DNA of 63,856 nucleotides, filler included, from Bigelowiella natans CCMP2755 (taxonomy: Eukaryota; Protista; Cercozoa): assembly GCA_000320545.1 (NCBI GenBank). It is 6 parts of 6 records of this genome, joined end to end, with 100 filler letters (N's around TTAATTAATTAA, not from the genome) between each part and the next. Parts side by side here need not be neighbours in the genome. Positions count along the whole stretch, not along the records: positions 1 to 15,041 come from ADNK01001369.1; 5 more parts are not named here. One strand, given 5' to 3'. Made by a program: the position numbers and the translations under genes. Under the pieces are notes generated by a model that made no database searches, had not been told where the DNA came from, and saw nothing but the letters and a program-made list of their open reading frames with translations. This document shows positions 1 through 12,943 of the stretch, piece by piece (the stretch's first letter is position 1; each line of letters opens with the position of its first letter).

Positions 1-5
1 ATACA

Positions 6-44
<39 letters not shown>

Positions 45-459
45 CCAACCGCACACGCGTACGCACACGGGTTCTCCACATGCGCAAGCAACTGCGCACC
101 TTTCAAATCGCTCTTCGTTCTCTGAGCGATTATTTCCCCATGATGGCCTACGCTGCCTGGAATGTGTATAATAAATGTGTGTGTGTGTGTGTGTGTGCGT
201 GCGTGCCATTTGCATCACCAGAACTTCTGTCAAAATTACGTCTTGTTGATGTCAGTGTGTAGTGTCTTGATTGCATCTCCCCCCCCTCCCCCTCCCCCTC
301 CTTTTTCTTGTTGATAGATGGGTAGGTACGGATAGGACATTCTCGCTCGTGCAAAAGGTGGTCGCCTTGATGTTTGATGTGTGTGTGTGTGTGTGCTGCA
401 GCAGCTGCAAAGCGTGCAGTCTCATTATCTCTAGTTCTCCACCTTGGACCTTTCGTGGA

Positions 460-507
<48 letters not shown>

Positions 508-1252
508 CTCCCCTCCCCTCCCTCTGTCTCTCACACATAGAGCATAGACTTTCATTTATATTGCACTGTAATGGAGTTTGGCCCCCAGCAGCGTCATCTT
601 CTTTTGTTGTGTTTTGCTTGTCGTTTTGGCGACGTTGACTTCGGACGCGAAGGACCAATTTCTGGCTGCGATCACAGGGTAGCAGTCATTTGCAGTAGTA
701 GTAGTAGCAGTGGTAGTAGTAGTAGCAGTGGTAGTGGTAGTAGTAGTAGTAGTAGGCGCTGGAATAACATGTGAAAGAAGAAGTCCTCCTTGTGGGCGAC
801 TGCGTGCTGTATATACTGTCGGTGATGCGATGTGGTAATCTTCTTCAGCTTTTTCACCTTCCGCCTCCCTCTATTCCGACGCGCACTCTCGGAGGCAGCG
901 AAGCTGCTCACAGACATTTCCACCCCGTATTGTGGCCATTAGAAGAAACTCCCTTGTTTGTGTGCATGAGCGCATGAGTGCGTGTGTATATGTGTATGTT
1001 TGTGTGTGTATGGAGGGGAGGGGGGGGGGGGGGGGAAAGGGCCTACTGCCATCCTTTCTTTATGAGGGCATAGACATCAATTTCTTCATGTTAAAGACAA
1101 CAACAAAAATCGATCTCCCCCCCCCCCCGGGTGCTAGAAGTCGATGATTTGGTTTCTCGCTGAGGCACGCGGCTGGAAGGCTGTGTTGCTTTCCGTGCGT
1201 GGTGCGGCATGTCATTTAAACCCTCTCTCACCGTCATTGGTTGTGCTATCAG

Positions 1253-1777
1253 AATTGTGCAGGCTGCGCCGAAGCTAGACCCTGCGACGTCAGCACCCAG
1301 GGCGGGTCGCAGCACAGGTGAAAGCAGTATGTGGGTGTCCCCCCGCAACTTTAATTTGTATAATGGACGTGCTTGTTCGCATGCTTTCCGACAAAATGAA
1401 AGAGCCCTGCCGACACCATTGCACACACCTGTGCGCGCAAAGAACTGCCCCGGGTTCCCCCCTCCACGCCGCTCGTTTTCTTTGCGCTTTTTTTTTTTTT
1501 GAATGATCGTCTGGCCTCTCACCAGGGACTGTCAGGAGGAAGGCCTCTGATGTAGGAAATCGTCTCAAATATTCGGTAGCGAGCACGACTGTGCGTTGTT
1601 GTTATGTGTGCGTGAGTTGGTGGGTGGGTGGTGGGTGTTAATGTAGGCCCTTGCATATTAGACGTATATGATGCAAGGAGGTGTAGAAGATTTCATCCGA
1701 GTTGAAGGCAGAAGGGTTGCAATCTCTTCCGCCTTGATTTGATTTGATATTGTTATTATTGATATTGACCTCTAATA

Positions 1778-1816
<39 letters not shown>

Positions 1817-1949
1817 GTTGGTATATATGCTGTTGAAGTAAATGTGTAATTCGTTGTTACTTTTCAATGGTTTATATACTACCTGACTGGCATTCGTCGG
1901 TTATTCCTCTCAGCCCCTACGAGATCGTAAGGCTCAGGTTGTCCAATGG

Positions 1950-2022
<73 letters not shown>

Positions 2023-2070
2023 TTCAATATACAACACACGAGCTTCCAACGCCCCACGCCAAAACGAAAG

Positions 2071-2107
<37 letters not shown>

Positions 2108-2481
2108 TCTCAGCGGAACAAAGACGAAGCTCGTCGACGCCAGACGCAGCTCAACGCCCCATTCATCCCGGAAATGCCCCCATCCACCACTGCCACCTCG
2201 CCAGCGGCAGGTGAATCGCAAGAGGAAGGTGGCGACGATAGTGCTCCTGATCTAAAGCCGATTAATGTGGTGTATGTCTCGGGGCCTCCGGTAAGTAGTA
2301 TTCGCATGAAATGAGAGGCTGAGAGCAGTAGTCACAGAACGTTTCCTCTTCTCTTTCGTGGTTCTTAGCGGCCTACTCGCTGCGCCAAAACCCGACCGAC
2401 AGCGCTAGCCAGCACAAACACGCAAAATGACAAACACGCACGCGTGCTCGCACGCATACACGCACGCGCATACTAAATATT

Positions 2482-2534
<53 letters not shown>

Positions 2535-3228
2535 TATATGAAAACAATATATATACAAATATACATAAAGTATACCATCTATCTGGCAGGGTTATGACTC
2601 GCAGCGTGTGGTCCAAGAGCTCTGCAAGCGCGACACTAGGTGAGGAAAAGGAGCAAACGCGACAGCGAAACAACTTGCACAGCCCCGCCTACTTTCCCTC
2701 TCCCCGCGAAGAGATTGCGCGTAACCCGCCACTCTGGATCTTGATTGTGTTTTTCATTAGGCTCAAGCAACCCCAATGGGTGACGGACGTTGAAGGCCCT
2801 GACCGCCGCAATGTCAAAGCCGTGTCCAAGAGCGTGTTTGACGAGATGCAGCAAGTAATATGAGCGGCGGGGTGGGGGGGGCTTGCCCATCCCTCCTCCT
2901 CCTCCTCCTCCTCCTCCCCCTCCTCCACTCGGATTTTAAGAGACAACGGGGAGGGGGGATTCGTATGATAAGAACAAACACCCACGCGCGCATGTACGCA
3001 TGTACGCAAACAGATGCATGATTCATGGACAAATGAAGGCCGTCTTAATATATATTGTATTCCCTTTCTTGTCTGGCCGACCCTCTTCCTGCTCTAATAC
3101 CCTCCCACCTGCTGCGGTAGGATGGCATGTTCGTTGTGGAAGATGAAGAGAGGGGTGTCTTCGGGCTGGGCAATAAGCGATACGGATTGCAGTATCAGGT
3201 CTTGTTTCATCGATCTCTCCCCCCCGTC

Positions 3229-3283
<55 letters not shown>

Positions 3284-3625
3284 ACTGACTCTCTCGTAAT
3301 GCGATGTTGTAAATGTGAGCATGTTATGAGGCAACGGTTTGTTGGCGCCCTCTCCCCCCCCCTCTCAATGGCAGGACATCGAAGCAGCAGCTCTAGGGGG
3401 CTATTCCTGCGTCATCTCCGCCCCTCTTCTCACCGACCCACTTCCCTCCCCCCACACGCCCGAACCGAATGCATCGCAGCAAGAGCCATCGTCCGGAGGA
3501 CAGGAGGAGGCAGCTACCGCCGCCCTCGCGCCCCAGCAGACCCCGCTGAGGGGTGTCGGGTTGCTCGCGCTGCCGGATACGCAGAGCGCGCAGGAACAGG
3601 CACTGAGGTGAATGCACTCACTTTT

Positions 3626-3660
<35 letters not shown>

Positions 3661-3788
3661 AGAGCTTCGTTGATGACAGTTGGAAAGAGACACAAACCAC
3701 AGTAGTGGAAAAAAGGCTGCCACGCTGATGTGCATGTTGCGCAGAGTGTTCTTTGAAACGCCATCCCCGGCCCAGAGCATGTTTGTGC

Positions 3789-3819
<31 letters not shown>

Positions 3820-4152
3820 CATGAGGATGCCCAGTGGGGAGGAGAGTAGTGCGTTTTATGAAAACATGCGTTTGTGTGGAAAAAACCCCGTGAATCGAAG
3901 ACTAGAGGCACCGAGTCCGTATACTCAGCAGCGCGAGCGACACGGACAACACCACGGTGCTGATCGATGTTCTAACTCCCAACTTCTTCCTCCCCTCCAT
4001 AGTTTGCGTTTGGACGAGTTGTTAACAGAGGCGGAAAGCAGGGGGCTGGCTGAAGGTGGTCCAGAATCGCATGCATACATCAAGAACGCTTGCACCTTGT
4101 TCATCTGGCGCACACACTCACACACCGGCATGCACACACACTTTATACATAG

Positions 4153-4194
<42 letters not shown>

Positions 4195-4431
4195 TATAAT
4201 ATGTATATGTGAGTATATATTAAATGGAAACCCATGATTCTACCCGTTTTGAAGGTATTGGCGGCAGCAATGCAGTGGACCGCAAAGTAGCTGTTCGCCA
4301 AAAGACTCTTAGCATTCTCAGCGGCACGGACGAGTGGGTGAAGGTCAGAATACACCCTTAGCAACTACTTGTTTCTTTGAATCGATCTCGCGGGGAAAGT
4401 CGCCACAACTTAATAGCATATGATGTGCTCA

Positions 4432-4494
<63 letters not shown>

Positions 4495-4664
4495 AAATGC
4501 ATATAAAGTGAGAGAGAGGGGAGGGGGGGGAGATATTGAGAGGGAGAGGATGTTCAAAATTTTCACTCAACTGTTCCATCCGCGCTCAGGAAGCTGCATC
4601 GAGCGCCCAATACCAGTTTGCCGTGACGGATTTCCCAGATAACGACAAAGGGTTAGTTGCATGA
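1253..4664 (+). CDS. Multi-exon guanylate-kinase-like protein with a degenerate P-loop (5' end uncertain, may extend to ~570 or beyond)
   Basis: Phase-compatible exons (approx. 2114-2290, 2590-2640, 2761-2854, 3121-3198, 3375-3607, 4003-4055, 4255-4343, 4590-4664) give VVYVSGPPGYDSQRVVQELCKRDTRLKQPQWVTD...VSKSVFDEMQQDGMFVVEDEE...YGLQYQDIEAAALGGYSCVI, which follows the guanylate kinase pattern (GPSGxGK, F..M...G.F.E, YG). Upstream exons near 1253, 1525 and 1663 are also plausible. Confidence 0.65.
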
Positions 4665-5159
4665 ATCTTGTCGATGTTTCTTACGCTGAAAAGCAAGTGA
4701 GGGACCGGAGCAATGGAAGTTTCTGCGACGTTTTTCGTGTCTGACCCCTTCTGCTCTAATCGGTGCTGCATGTGTTTTTTTGGGAATGGTGTGGTGTTGT
4801 TTTGTGTCTCATCCAGTCTCAGTAACTTTCTGGACACGCTTGGGAAGTTCATAACGTATTCCTAAAGCGGCTGTTACATTAAGTAAGAGCTCCTCTAAGG
4901 AAGCAGCGAAGATATAATTAAAGGAAAGGTTGGGTCAAAGGGCTCCCTAGATATTCTAAGTCTATTTTTGTTGATGATTATTACGTTTCCAGTCTCAAAA
5001 TTTTCATTTGAGTTGCATTTGATGCCAAGTGTACGTATTCCGCGGATCCGTTGTATGCCTCGGTGTTGCTAATAGATGTGGTTGCTCCGCTGAAGACCAT
5101 GCGTTTTGTTGGACCGCGAAGCCATGAAGAAAAGCTGATACGCGTTCATGTGTTTAGCA

Positions 5160-6610
5160 AAGCAACATGACGCAGTCTAGCAGTCCACAGCCGCGCTGGT
5201 CAGAGTGAGCCGAATAGCCGACCCAAAGGGGTTCATTTTCCCTTCCCAACGAAATAGCTACTAGTACTAGCTAGCTGGGTGTGACTTCACTACCATTAGA
5301 TGCGATGACGTATGGGCATATAGCTTGGTGGATTCGCGCGCTCAGCGCTTCAAAACATTGCGCCAAAGAATTTGCATCTCTAGATGACCCTAGATCTAGA
5401 TCAAGATCGCCACGGCAATGGCAATCTAGCAATGCCAGAATGGCAGAGCGCTGGAATGGCCAGATGGCTGCGCGCGCACGGTGGACGTTAGCTAGCTAGC
5501 TCATCGTGTGTGCCAGCGCTGAAACCACCGCACCGTTCAAGCTAGCTAGCGCTGGAGCACAAACGAACACATCATCATCAGTCATTTGGCTAGCTAGCTA
5601 GCACCGGAGCATGCTGCCATGCTAGCATGCCAGTCACAGCACCAGCTGGCTAGCGTAGCTAGCTAGTTGTGGTTTCCAGAGTTAGCTAGCTAGCTGGTTG
5701 GCCATGCATGGCTAGATGGGCAGATGCCACAGATGGCCACCGAGGATGGAACTGGCTAGCTCTAGCTATAGCGAGCTGGACACACTTCAATTGGCTTTGT
5801 TTCTGGTTTTGACTGCATGGTTGTCATGCGCGCGCGTGCAGGCTGCAGCGTGTTTCGAGGGGATGCCTGCTAGCTAGCTAGCCTGGTCGTCTAGCTGTCT
5901 AGCTAGCTGTGGCTAGCTGTGCGACGACGTGCTAGCGCACCTGCGCTAGCCAGCATGACCTAGCTAGCTACCCAATTGGCATCGTGCTAGCTAGCTAGGC
6001 CACATGAATGCACGTCCAAATGACGTCGTCACGATCTGCACGTCTAGACATACTAGCATGACGCCACCTCTCTGGCTTTGCACGCTAGCACGGCATTCCA
6101 GCATGCATGGCTAGATGGGGCGCGCTGCATTGATGTCGAATCAAACTAGCGAACGTGTGAATGATTGATTTTTCCAAATTCATTTGATCAGATTTCTGGA
6201 TCCAGCTCGCCAGCGCTAGAGCGATGCGAGATTTGCAGTCATGCTAGCATGCTAGCTAGCTAGACCAGCTCTAGAGCTAGCCAGTCTGTAGCAGCCATCT
6301 AGCCATGCCGCGTTTTCACTGCTAGACTGCTAGACAACAAGCTAGCTTCGATTCAAACCTCGGCTGCAGGTAACCAGCTGTGAACGAACGATGTCATGCC
6401 ATCTAGCCATGCCTGGCTAGATGGTCCCACATCTAGAGATTCCACCCTCGCGACAGCAACTCTTGTGGTTTCTGCCGCGGCACCTCTAGTCCTAGACACG
6501 TCCAGATGTCTAGCTAGATGTCGTGATGTTTCCATCATCTGAACACCTAGCTAGCAGCTAGACACAGCGTCTAGGTCTAGCGATGTCTAGCTAGCTAGTA
6601 ACTAGAGTCA
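5160..6610. repeat. CTAG/CATG-rich decayed intergenic tract 1
   Basis: Hand count of ~70 CTAG in ~1.45 kb against one CCGG; (GCTA)n runs interleaved with CCAG/CTGG; recurrent CCATCTAGCCATG motif in both orientations. Lies between convergent genes. Confidence 0.8.
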
Positions 6611-6696
6611 TGTCAAAGGTGGCTGCAACTTTTTGCCGCCGTCGCAATGCAAAATATCTTTGCTCTTTCCATCAATTTCATTCGGCCGCCATGAAA

Positions 6697-9600
6697 TTAC
6701 TCATTTCCTTCATCCGCCAGCTTGATTGTGCGCGCGCTAACGCTTTTTTGTTTAGAACGTTCAGCGACAAGTTTGTACACTTTTGGCCATACCTTCTCGA
6801 CTGCGACACTGCGGCATCCCTGCAGTTGCTCATCGCTGAGCACACGATTGCCGTCGGGATCTGAATCTAAAAGGTTTGCGAAAAACATCAGAATCATCTG
6901 AAGTATTTCTAAAGATTCAATGCTGTGTTTACCGCCCAAAGCATCCTTGTAGAAAAACTCTTGCACCAAATTGAGGTGATCCAGACATTTCTCCAAAGAA
7001 CCTCCAAAAATAAAGACCATTCAAGATTACTACTAGCTGTTGAGGGAAAATGTCAAAATGTATTACTTTTTTTGGATTGTACTATTTCTGAAGGCTCATA
7101 TCCTTCATAACGGCTTATAGGAAAAACAAGACCCCGGAAATCTGAAATCGCATCGAATCAGTGTTACAACACGCGCCTTCGTAACTACATGCATTTGGAT
7201 ATACGCTTTAATACTAATACAGTTCGTTTACTTAAGTGAAAAATGTTCATAGACTTGCGCAATACACGAATTTACTTGCATACTCATTCAAAACTTCCAT
7301 AATTGATATATTTGATTTTTTGCAAATTTATGATATTCCACAACACATGAGTGTCGATTACTTTCTTTTCCCTCCCAAACGTCGATCGAATCGTCGACAA
7401 TTACAACTGTGTTACGTCGGTCAGAAAATCGGCAAAAAGGATACATCATTCGAAGGTCCTTATTGCCCTTTCTAAATTTAGCAATCGTGTAAGCTGAAGA
7501 CATCACTCGCTCGGGAGGAACCAACTTTGAGATTCCTCTGTAAACAATGACACAAGGACGCATTAGACATCAGATGAAAATATATTGAAGTCAAATTTGC
7601 GAAAACATTATTACGGATAGATTTTATCGAGTCCGAGCATAACTTTCGCAATATACTGGGGAACTCCCATAGAGAGTACCGAAATCTCATAGCGTTTTGA
7701 TGCCGCAAACAAAAACTCTGTCATATAGCAATTGAATTTCAAGGTTAGACAAATCACGTGATTGCAACTTCAATAAATTGCCTTTCAGGTATGGTCTTGG
7801 CTTTATCCACAAGGTCCGTTCCTTCCCATTGAACTGGAAAGTAATCTTAAAACTATCAGTTCCAGACAACTCGTCTGGCAAATCTTTATCTCTTTGCTTT
7901 TTTTGGATCATTTTTCCGCCTAATTGCTCTCGCAACTTTGTTATGCCGCTAAGATCTTTCTCCGGAAAAGCCCGAATTAGAGTTTTGTCGAGATCCAAAA
8001 TAAGGTGGAGCCTACAAATTTAACAAAAGTGTCAACTAACCCTCGCAAAATCTGATGTATCAACTGAAATTTCTACATTTTTTGCAACAAAAACACGATC
8101 ATCAAAATAAACAACACTGAGCAGTACCTCTTTGTCTTAAAAACCCTCCGATACAATATTTCGGCCCATTCATCTAACCCCCTCTCAGGTAATACAAATG
8201 CTTTAAACTGTACGCCGGTAACACTCTTCTTCATTTGTTCTCGTAGATGAGGCGCAAAACTCCACTCGGTGTTTAATTTCAAGTAATCTTTCATATACTC
8301 GTCTACCAAACCGCTGAGAAAGAAACACGACAACATAATAGGAACGAATTTCAGCCACATAACGAAATAGTCGTCAATCCGCTGCATACGATAGCTTGCA
8401 CGCAATACCAGGTACATTGGTACAATTCGGCAGGCATATATGTGATAATTGAATAAAGTATTATTATTTATTAACGTATTTGTCTTTGCTATTTTAGCGG
8501 TAACCTCGCAAACGAGTAATCAGTTTTTACATCGTCGGCCATTTTAATTTTTGGGACGAGGTACACCCGATAGCGCTTCTCCTCTTGCACGGATTCATAT
8601 GCTGTCTCACTGGGTGTAGCCTTAGCTGCAACACAGCAGCTATCGCACACGAAAACCTATAGAAACAATAGTTTACTACCATTTCCAGAAATTCTGGATG
8701 TTGGAAATAACATACGTGATTAGCTATAGCGAAGGGTATCAGCGTCTCCGCTATTCTTGAATACGCCGGGTCTAGGTGCGGATACCCCGGTACTAAATCT
8801 TCCGATTTATTACGAAGGTCAAAATCTAAAGTAAAAGATGGCCGCTGGCTATTGTACAAATGTCTTGTATAAGGTATGTACAGAGCAGAATTAAGATCTA
8901 TCTTGAACTCGCAAGGTCTGATAAATCATCAAAAAATGAGCGTCCTCATCAAGTCAAGGTTCTAAGTAGAAATTTACATCTTCATGGCTTCATGTCCGTC
9001 TGGAGGCGCTTGGATCCAGTTGACAACAGGATTGAGTTTCGGAAGAGAATCTATCTGTTTTCCTCTTGAAAGGTAACAGAGACTCCATTCACACTCTTTC
9101 GCATGTAGAATCGCTTTGTCTGAAATCCACACTTCGTACGCATTTATAAAAATATCGTGTAAGTTGCGGTGTTAAGGTTAGATATGGACAGGCTATGCCT
9201 CACGATTAATCTAGTTTCCAACCCCCCTGACAGTGGGGGTCATCAAGGAGAAACAAGCAGAGCTTTCTAAAAATCTACTTACTTTGTAATATTTATCACG
9301 TATTTTGAAACTACTTGCCATTATTACGCATCTAAAGTATAACTTTAAGGCGGTTTCATTTCTTTTCATTCGCTTACATACATCATGATTCATATTCTTT
9401 TTCGCTTACCAGATTCTTCGGAAGTTGCCATACTGGCATACTTTCTTCGTAAAGCAGGAGCGAGTTTTTTTTTTCGAAGGCGTTTTGGCTTCTTAAATTT
9501 TTGAACAACACAAGAGCGGAGAGGAACGCTTTTTGGAGAACTAATCACGATCGGGTCCTCAGCACTAGTCGCGGAAGGCACTCTCTTCCTTGTTTTGCGC

Positions 9601-10088
9601 GGCGGCGGAGGCGGAACATCCTCTTGTGAAGATGTCATCGACAGCAGCAGGTTATCTAATACGTTTATATCAATAGATTCGGGTTCTTCAACTATTCTGC
9701 GTGGTTCCGCGTTCATTGTCACCCTTCGCTCGGGTTGAAACCCAATCATGTCACGCCTTCTTCTTTCCAAAGTTGGTTCTATGGGAGGAGGGATGCGACT
9801 ATATCTCCCGCGACGCCCTCTAGCATTTCCTCGATGAGGGAATCTTCTATTGTTTATTGATGCATTAAAATTTCGACCATTCATAAATGAGCCCCGCGTC
9901 CATTGCTGAGCAGGTCTGCTCTGACGAAAGCTTGAATTTGACCTCGTATTGTGTGTATTCATTGGGTTGAAATTGTTCATCATCGTTCGCGTCCTTTTCT
10001 GTGGCCTCCTAGCATTTGGGGATCCAAAACCTCTTCCGCGTCCCATGAAACGCCCTCGCCCACGACGACCCCCTCGCCGATTGTTCAT
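6697..10088 (-). CDS. FCP1/CPL-like RNA polymerase II CTD phosphatase (HAD family), with an RG-rich N-terminus and no visible BRCT domain
   Basis: Spliced exons give RRVFKTKRLHLILDLDKTLIRAF (DxDxT motif), WIKPRPYL, EFLFAASKRYEISVLSMG, KDLRMMYPF...VVIVDDSIDVW, all FCP1-homology hallmarks. Exon 1 from 10088 reads MNNRRGGRRGRGRF. Short AT-rich introns. That all exons belong to one gene is inferred. Confidence 0.8.
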
Positions 10089-10862
10089 CGGACCGGCTTG
10101 TCTAGAAAGGAAACGGGAGCATTTAACTTCTTAAAATTTGAAAACATTTCACTCTCAATCAACTTGAATTTCTCCCCCGTTTTTTTCTGATCACAATTAT
10201 GAAAACGTACCGTTGAAGCAAAGGTAGGATTTATGGAAGAGGGGGGAGGCAACTTCGATTTTGATAAACTGAGAGTCTTTTCCGTGTGCGGCATGAGACA
10301 TAGAATTTAGAATAGCCTGGATACGATTTATACGACAATCCAAATTTGGCATTAAAATCTATAAAAGAGTCTAAATGATGATTATAATATTTGCTATTAT
10401 GAAAAAACTATTCTGAATATTCCACATGAAAACAATATTCAGCTTAGAATTCGGTAGTAGAGGAACACATACTCCTAAAAGTGTCCTATTATATGTTCGA
10501 AAAAAAAGATAACTCATGTTTATAGGACAAAAATTAGATCTTTTAGACAGTATGAAAGATATAATAGAATCTGAGTAGAAATTGGCACGGGACCTGTCGT
10601 GTCGGCGGGAGAGCATTACGGTTTTACATTATAGATTCGAATTCAGACAAATATGCACTCTGGAACTAAGTAACCAAGGTAAGTTATTATAAGCGACAAC
10701 ACTCTAACAGATAAACAATGGTTTTGAAACGGGGTTTTCAAATGCTTCTGAGGCGAAAGCAAAGCTTACCTGGTTCGACAGGCTCCGGATATGGGTGCTT
10801 GAGCGGAAAGTCGCCCTCATCTTAGCGTGGGAAATCTACAAACCTGTCCCGACTCTAACTTG

Positions 10863-12881
10863 ATGAGCGGGTTCTTGTTTGGATTCTCCCCTTATGACTC
10901 GAAGAAGAGGTCTAGGAGATTGAGCGTGACAAGCTCTGAGGATGAGGAGCTTGTCGTGTGGAGGGAGGATAAGAACAAGCGAAAGACGTCCTCAAACAGG
11001 CGACACACCATTAAGTCCTCATCGGGGTCGACCTCGAGAAAGAAGTCTTTCCTCCATAATACTCCTGCTCATGGAAAATCATCTGTCGTCGAGGTCTGAA
11101 TGCCCCACGCCATTATTCCACAGATGAACGATGACTGACAATGCTACATGTTATCACATTACACTGCGATGAAACCGACGTTCACTTTGAAAATCTAACT
11201 GTACACGCCAGGATACCACTCCTTTTCCCTTTGGGATGAAACGACAATCTAAGCTGGTGGTGGGAGAGAGGGACACTTCATCTTCCAGTGCAAGCTTGGC
11301 GGCCAAGCCGAAGAGGAAGCGTGTCAAGCAGATGAAGCTGTCGTTTGCAACACCAAGGTTAGTATGCATCACGATTTTTCTTCATTTTTTTCAACTCCAA
11401 GATTGCGTTCGATACTGCCTTTTTTTAATTGGCCCTTCTCACAGTTTAAATGTCTGCCATCCATCGGTCCATCCTGAAACGCACACCATAACTTTATTTC
11501 CCAAGGCAACGGCCTTCGGCGAAGAACGCTCCGAGTGTTAGAGATTCCAATGTAATGTCGCCACCATCGATCATCTGTCCCAAACCGCGCTCGAAATCTT
11601 TGGGTAGAAAGCAAGCAGGGTCAAAGCAGCTGCCCTCTCGGGGATTGCTTCTCCCCAATTTCTCTGGGAGTCAGGCGACCAGAGATCTCACTGACAACAT
11701 AGGCCCCTCTGGAGAGGCGGACGGATTGGGGAAAACAAAGAGAAATGCTACCGTAAACGGCACTCAATCTGCGCCGAAAAAGGAATCAACAGCAACTTCG
11801 TTGCTCCCCGCGTCATCATCATCATCATCGTCGTCGTCGTCGTCGTCGTCGTCACCAGACCGCTCAATATCCGCCCTGTTAGCACAGCTAGCGTCAGCAG
11901 TGCGCTGCCCCACCATTAGCCGAACTAAATCGGCCCAGCTGGACGCGGGAGCAATTCGGGCAAACAAGGAGGCGGGGAAAGACTCGAAGAATTCAAGAGG
12001 GCAGAAGGCGGCATGCACGCAAGGGTGTTTAGCAGCGACGAGCCCAGCCGCTGTCGTGGCCTCTGCTGCCCCTTCCCGGTTGCAAACAGATCCGGCCTCG
12101 TCCAAGCAGAAGCGACCGCGACAGGGCGTTGCACTGACCGGCGCGGAGAGGAAATTGGAATGCTCCAGTAGCAGCTGCTGCAGGGGCTACCATTACTGGG
12201 AGAAAGAGGACAGAGACGGCCAACGCCGCTTTTGGAGGTTCTTGGTCCTCGAGGTGCGACAGCAGCTGCGGGGGGCGAGCGTTTACGCCCCCCCCCCCCT
12301 CTCACTCAGAGTTCTAGACGAGACGGATCAGGTGCTGTGTAGGGGTTTCCCGTGTTATTTTGAACAGCTGCTGCTGCCACTGGCATGCATCGTGATCGGC
12401 CTCGTGCACACAAGTATACATTGCACGAGCTCCGCGGAGCTAGCCACCGTTGTCTGCGCCTCCTTCGTTCTTCCCCTCACGACCTTTGAAATAAAATTTA
12501 GGCGGAGCATCGAGTCCGTCTGGAGGGAGAGTGGGCCACTACCCCCGTTCAGTCGGGCGACTATATAAACGTGGTGCCGGCGTGGAGAGAGGAGGGGGGT
12601 AATGAGGCGCAGGAAGTGGGAAATGCAGTGGAAGCCTCAAGCCCATTTCCCACAAACACGGCACAGGTAGCCTCTTCCTCCCCACTCCCCGCCTCACGTC
12701 GCTCCGGGCTTGCACCGCTGCTCAAGCTATTGGACAAGGAGACTGGCGAGTTTGTCGTGGATGATCGGAGGGGCCTCGTTATCCTGCACCCGGATACTCT
12801 CATCTCGGGCACACGGGTGGGGGGGAGCTTCCCGTGTGCGAGAAAGGCGGTCGGTGCTTCTAACACCACCCCCCAGCCCCC

Positions 12882-12943
<62 letters not shown>

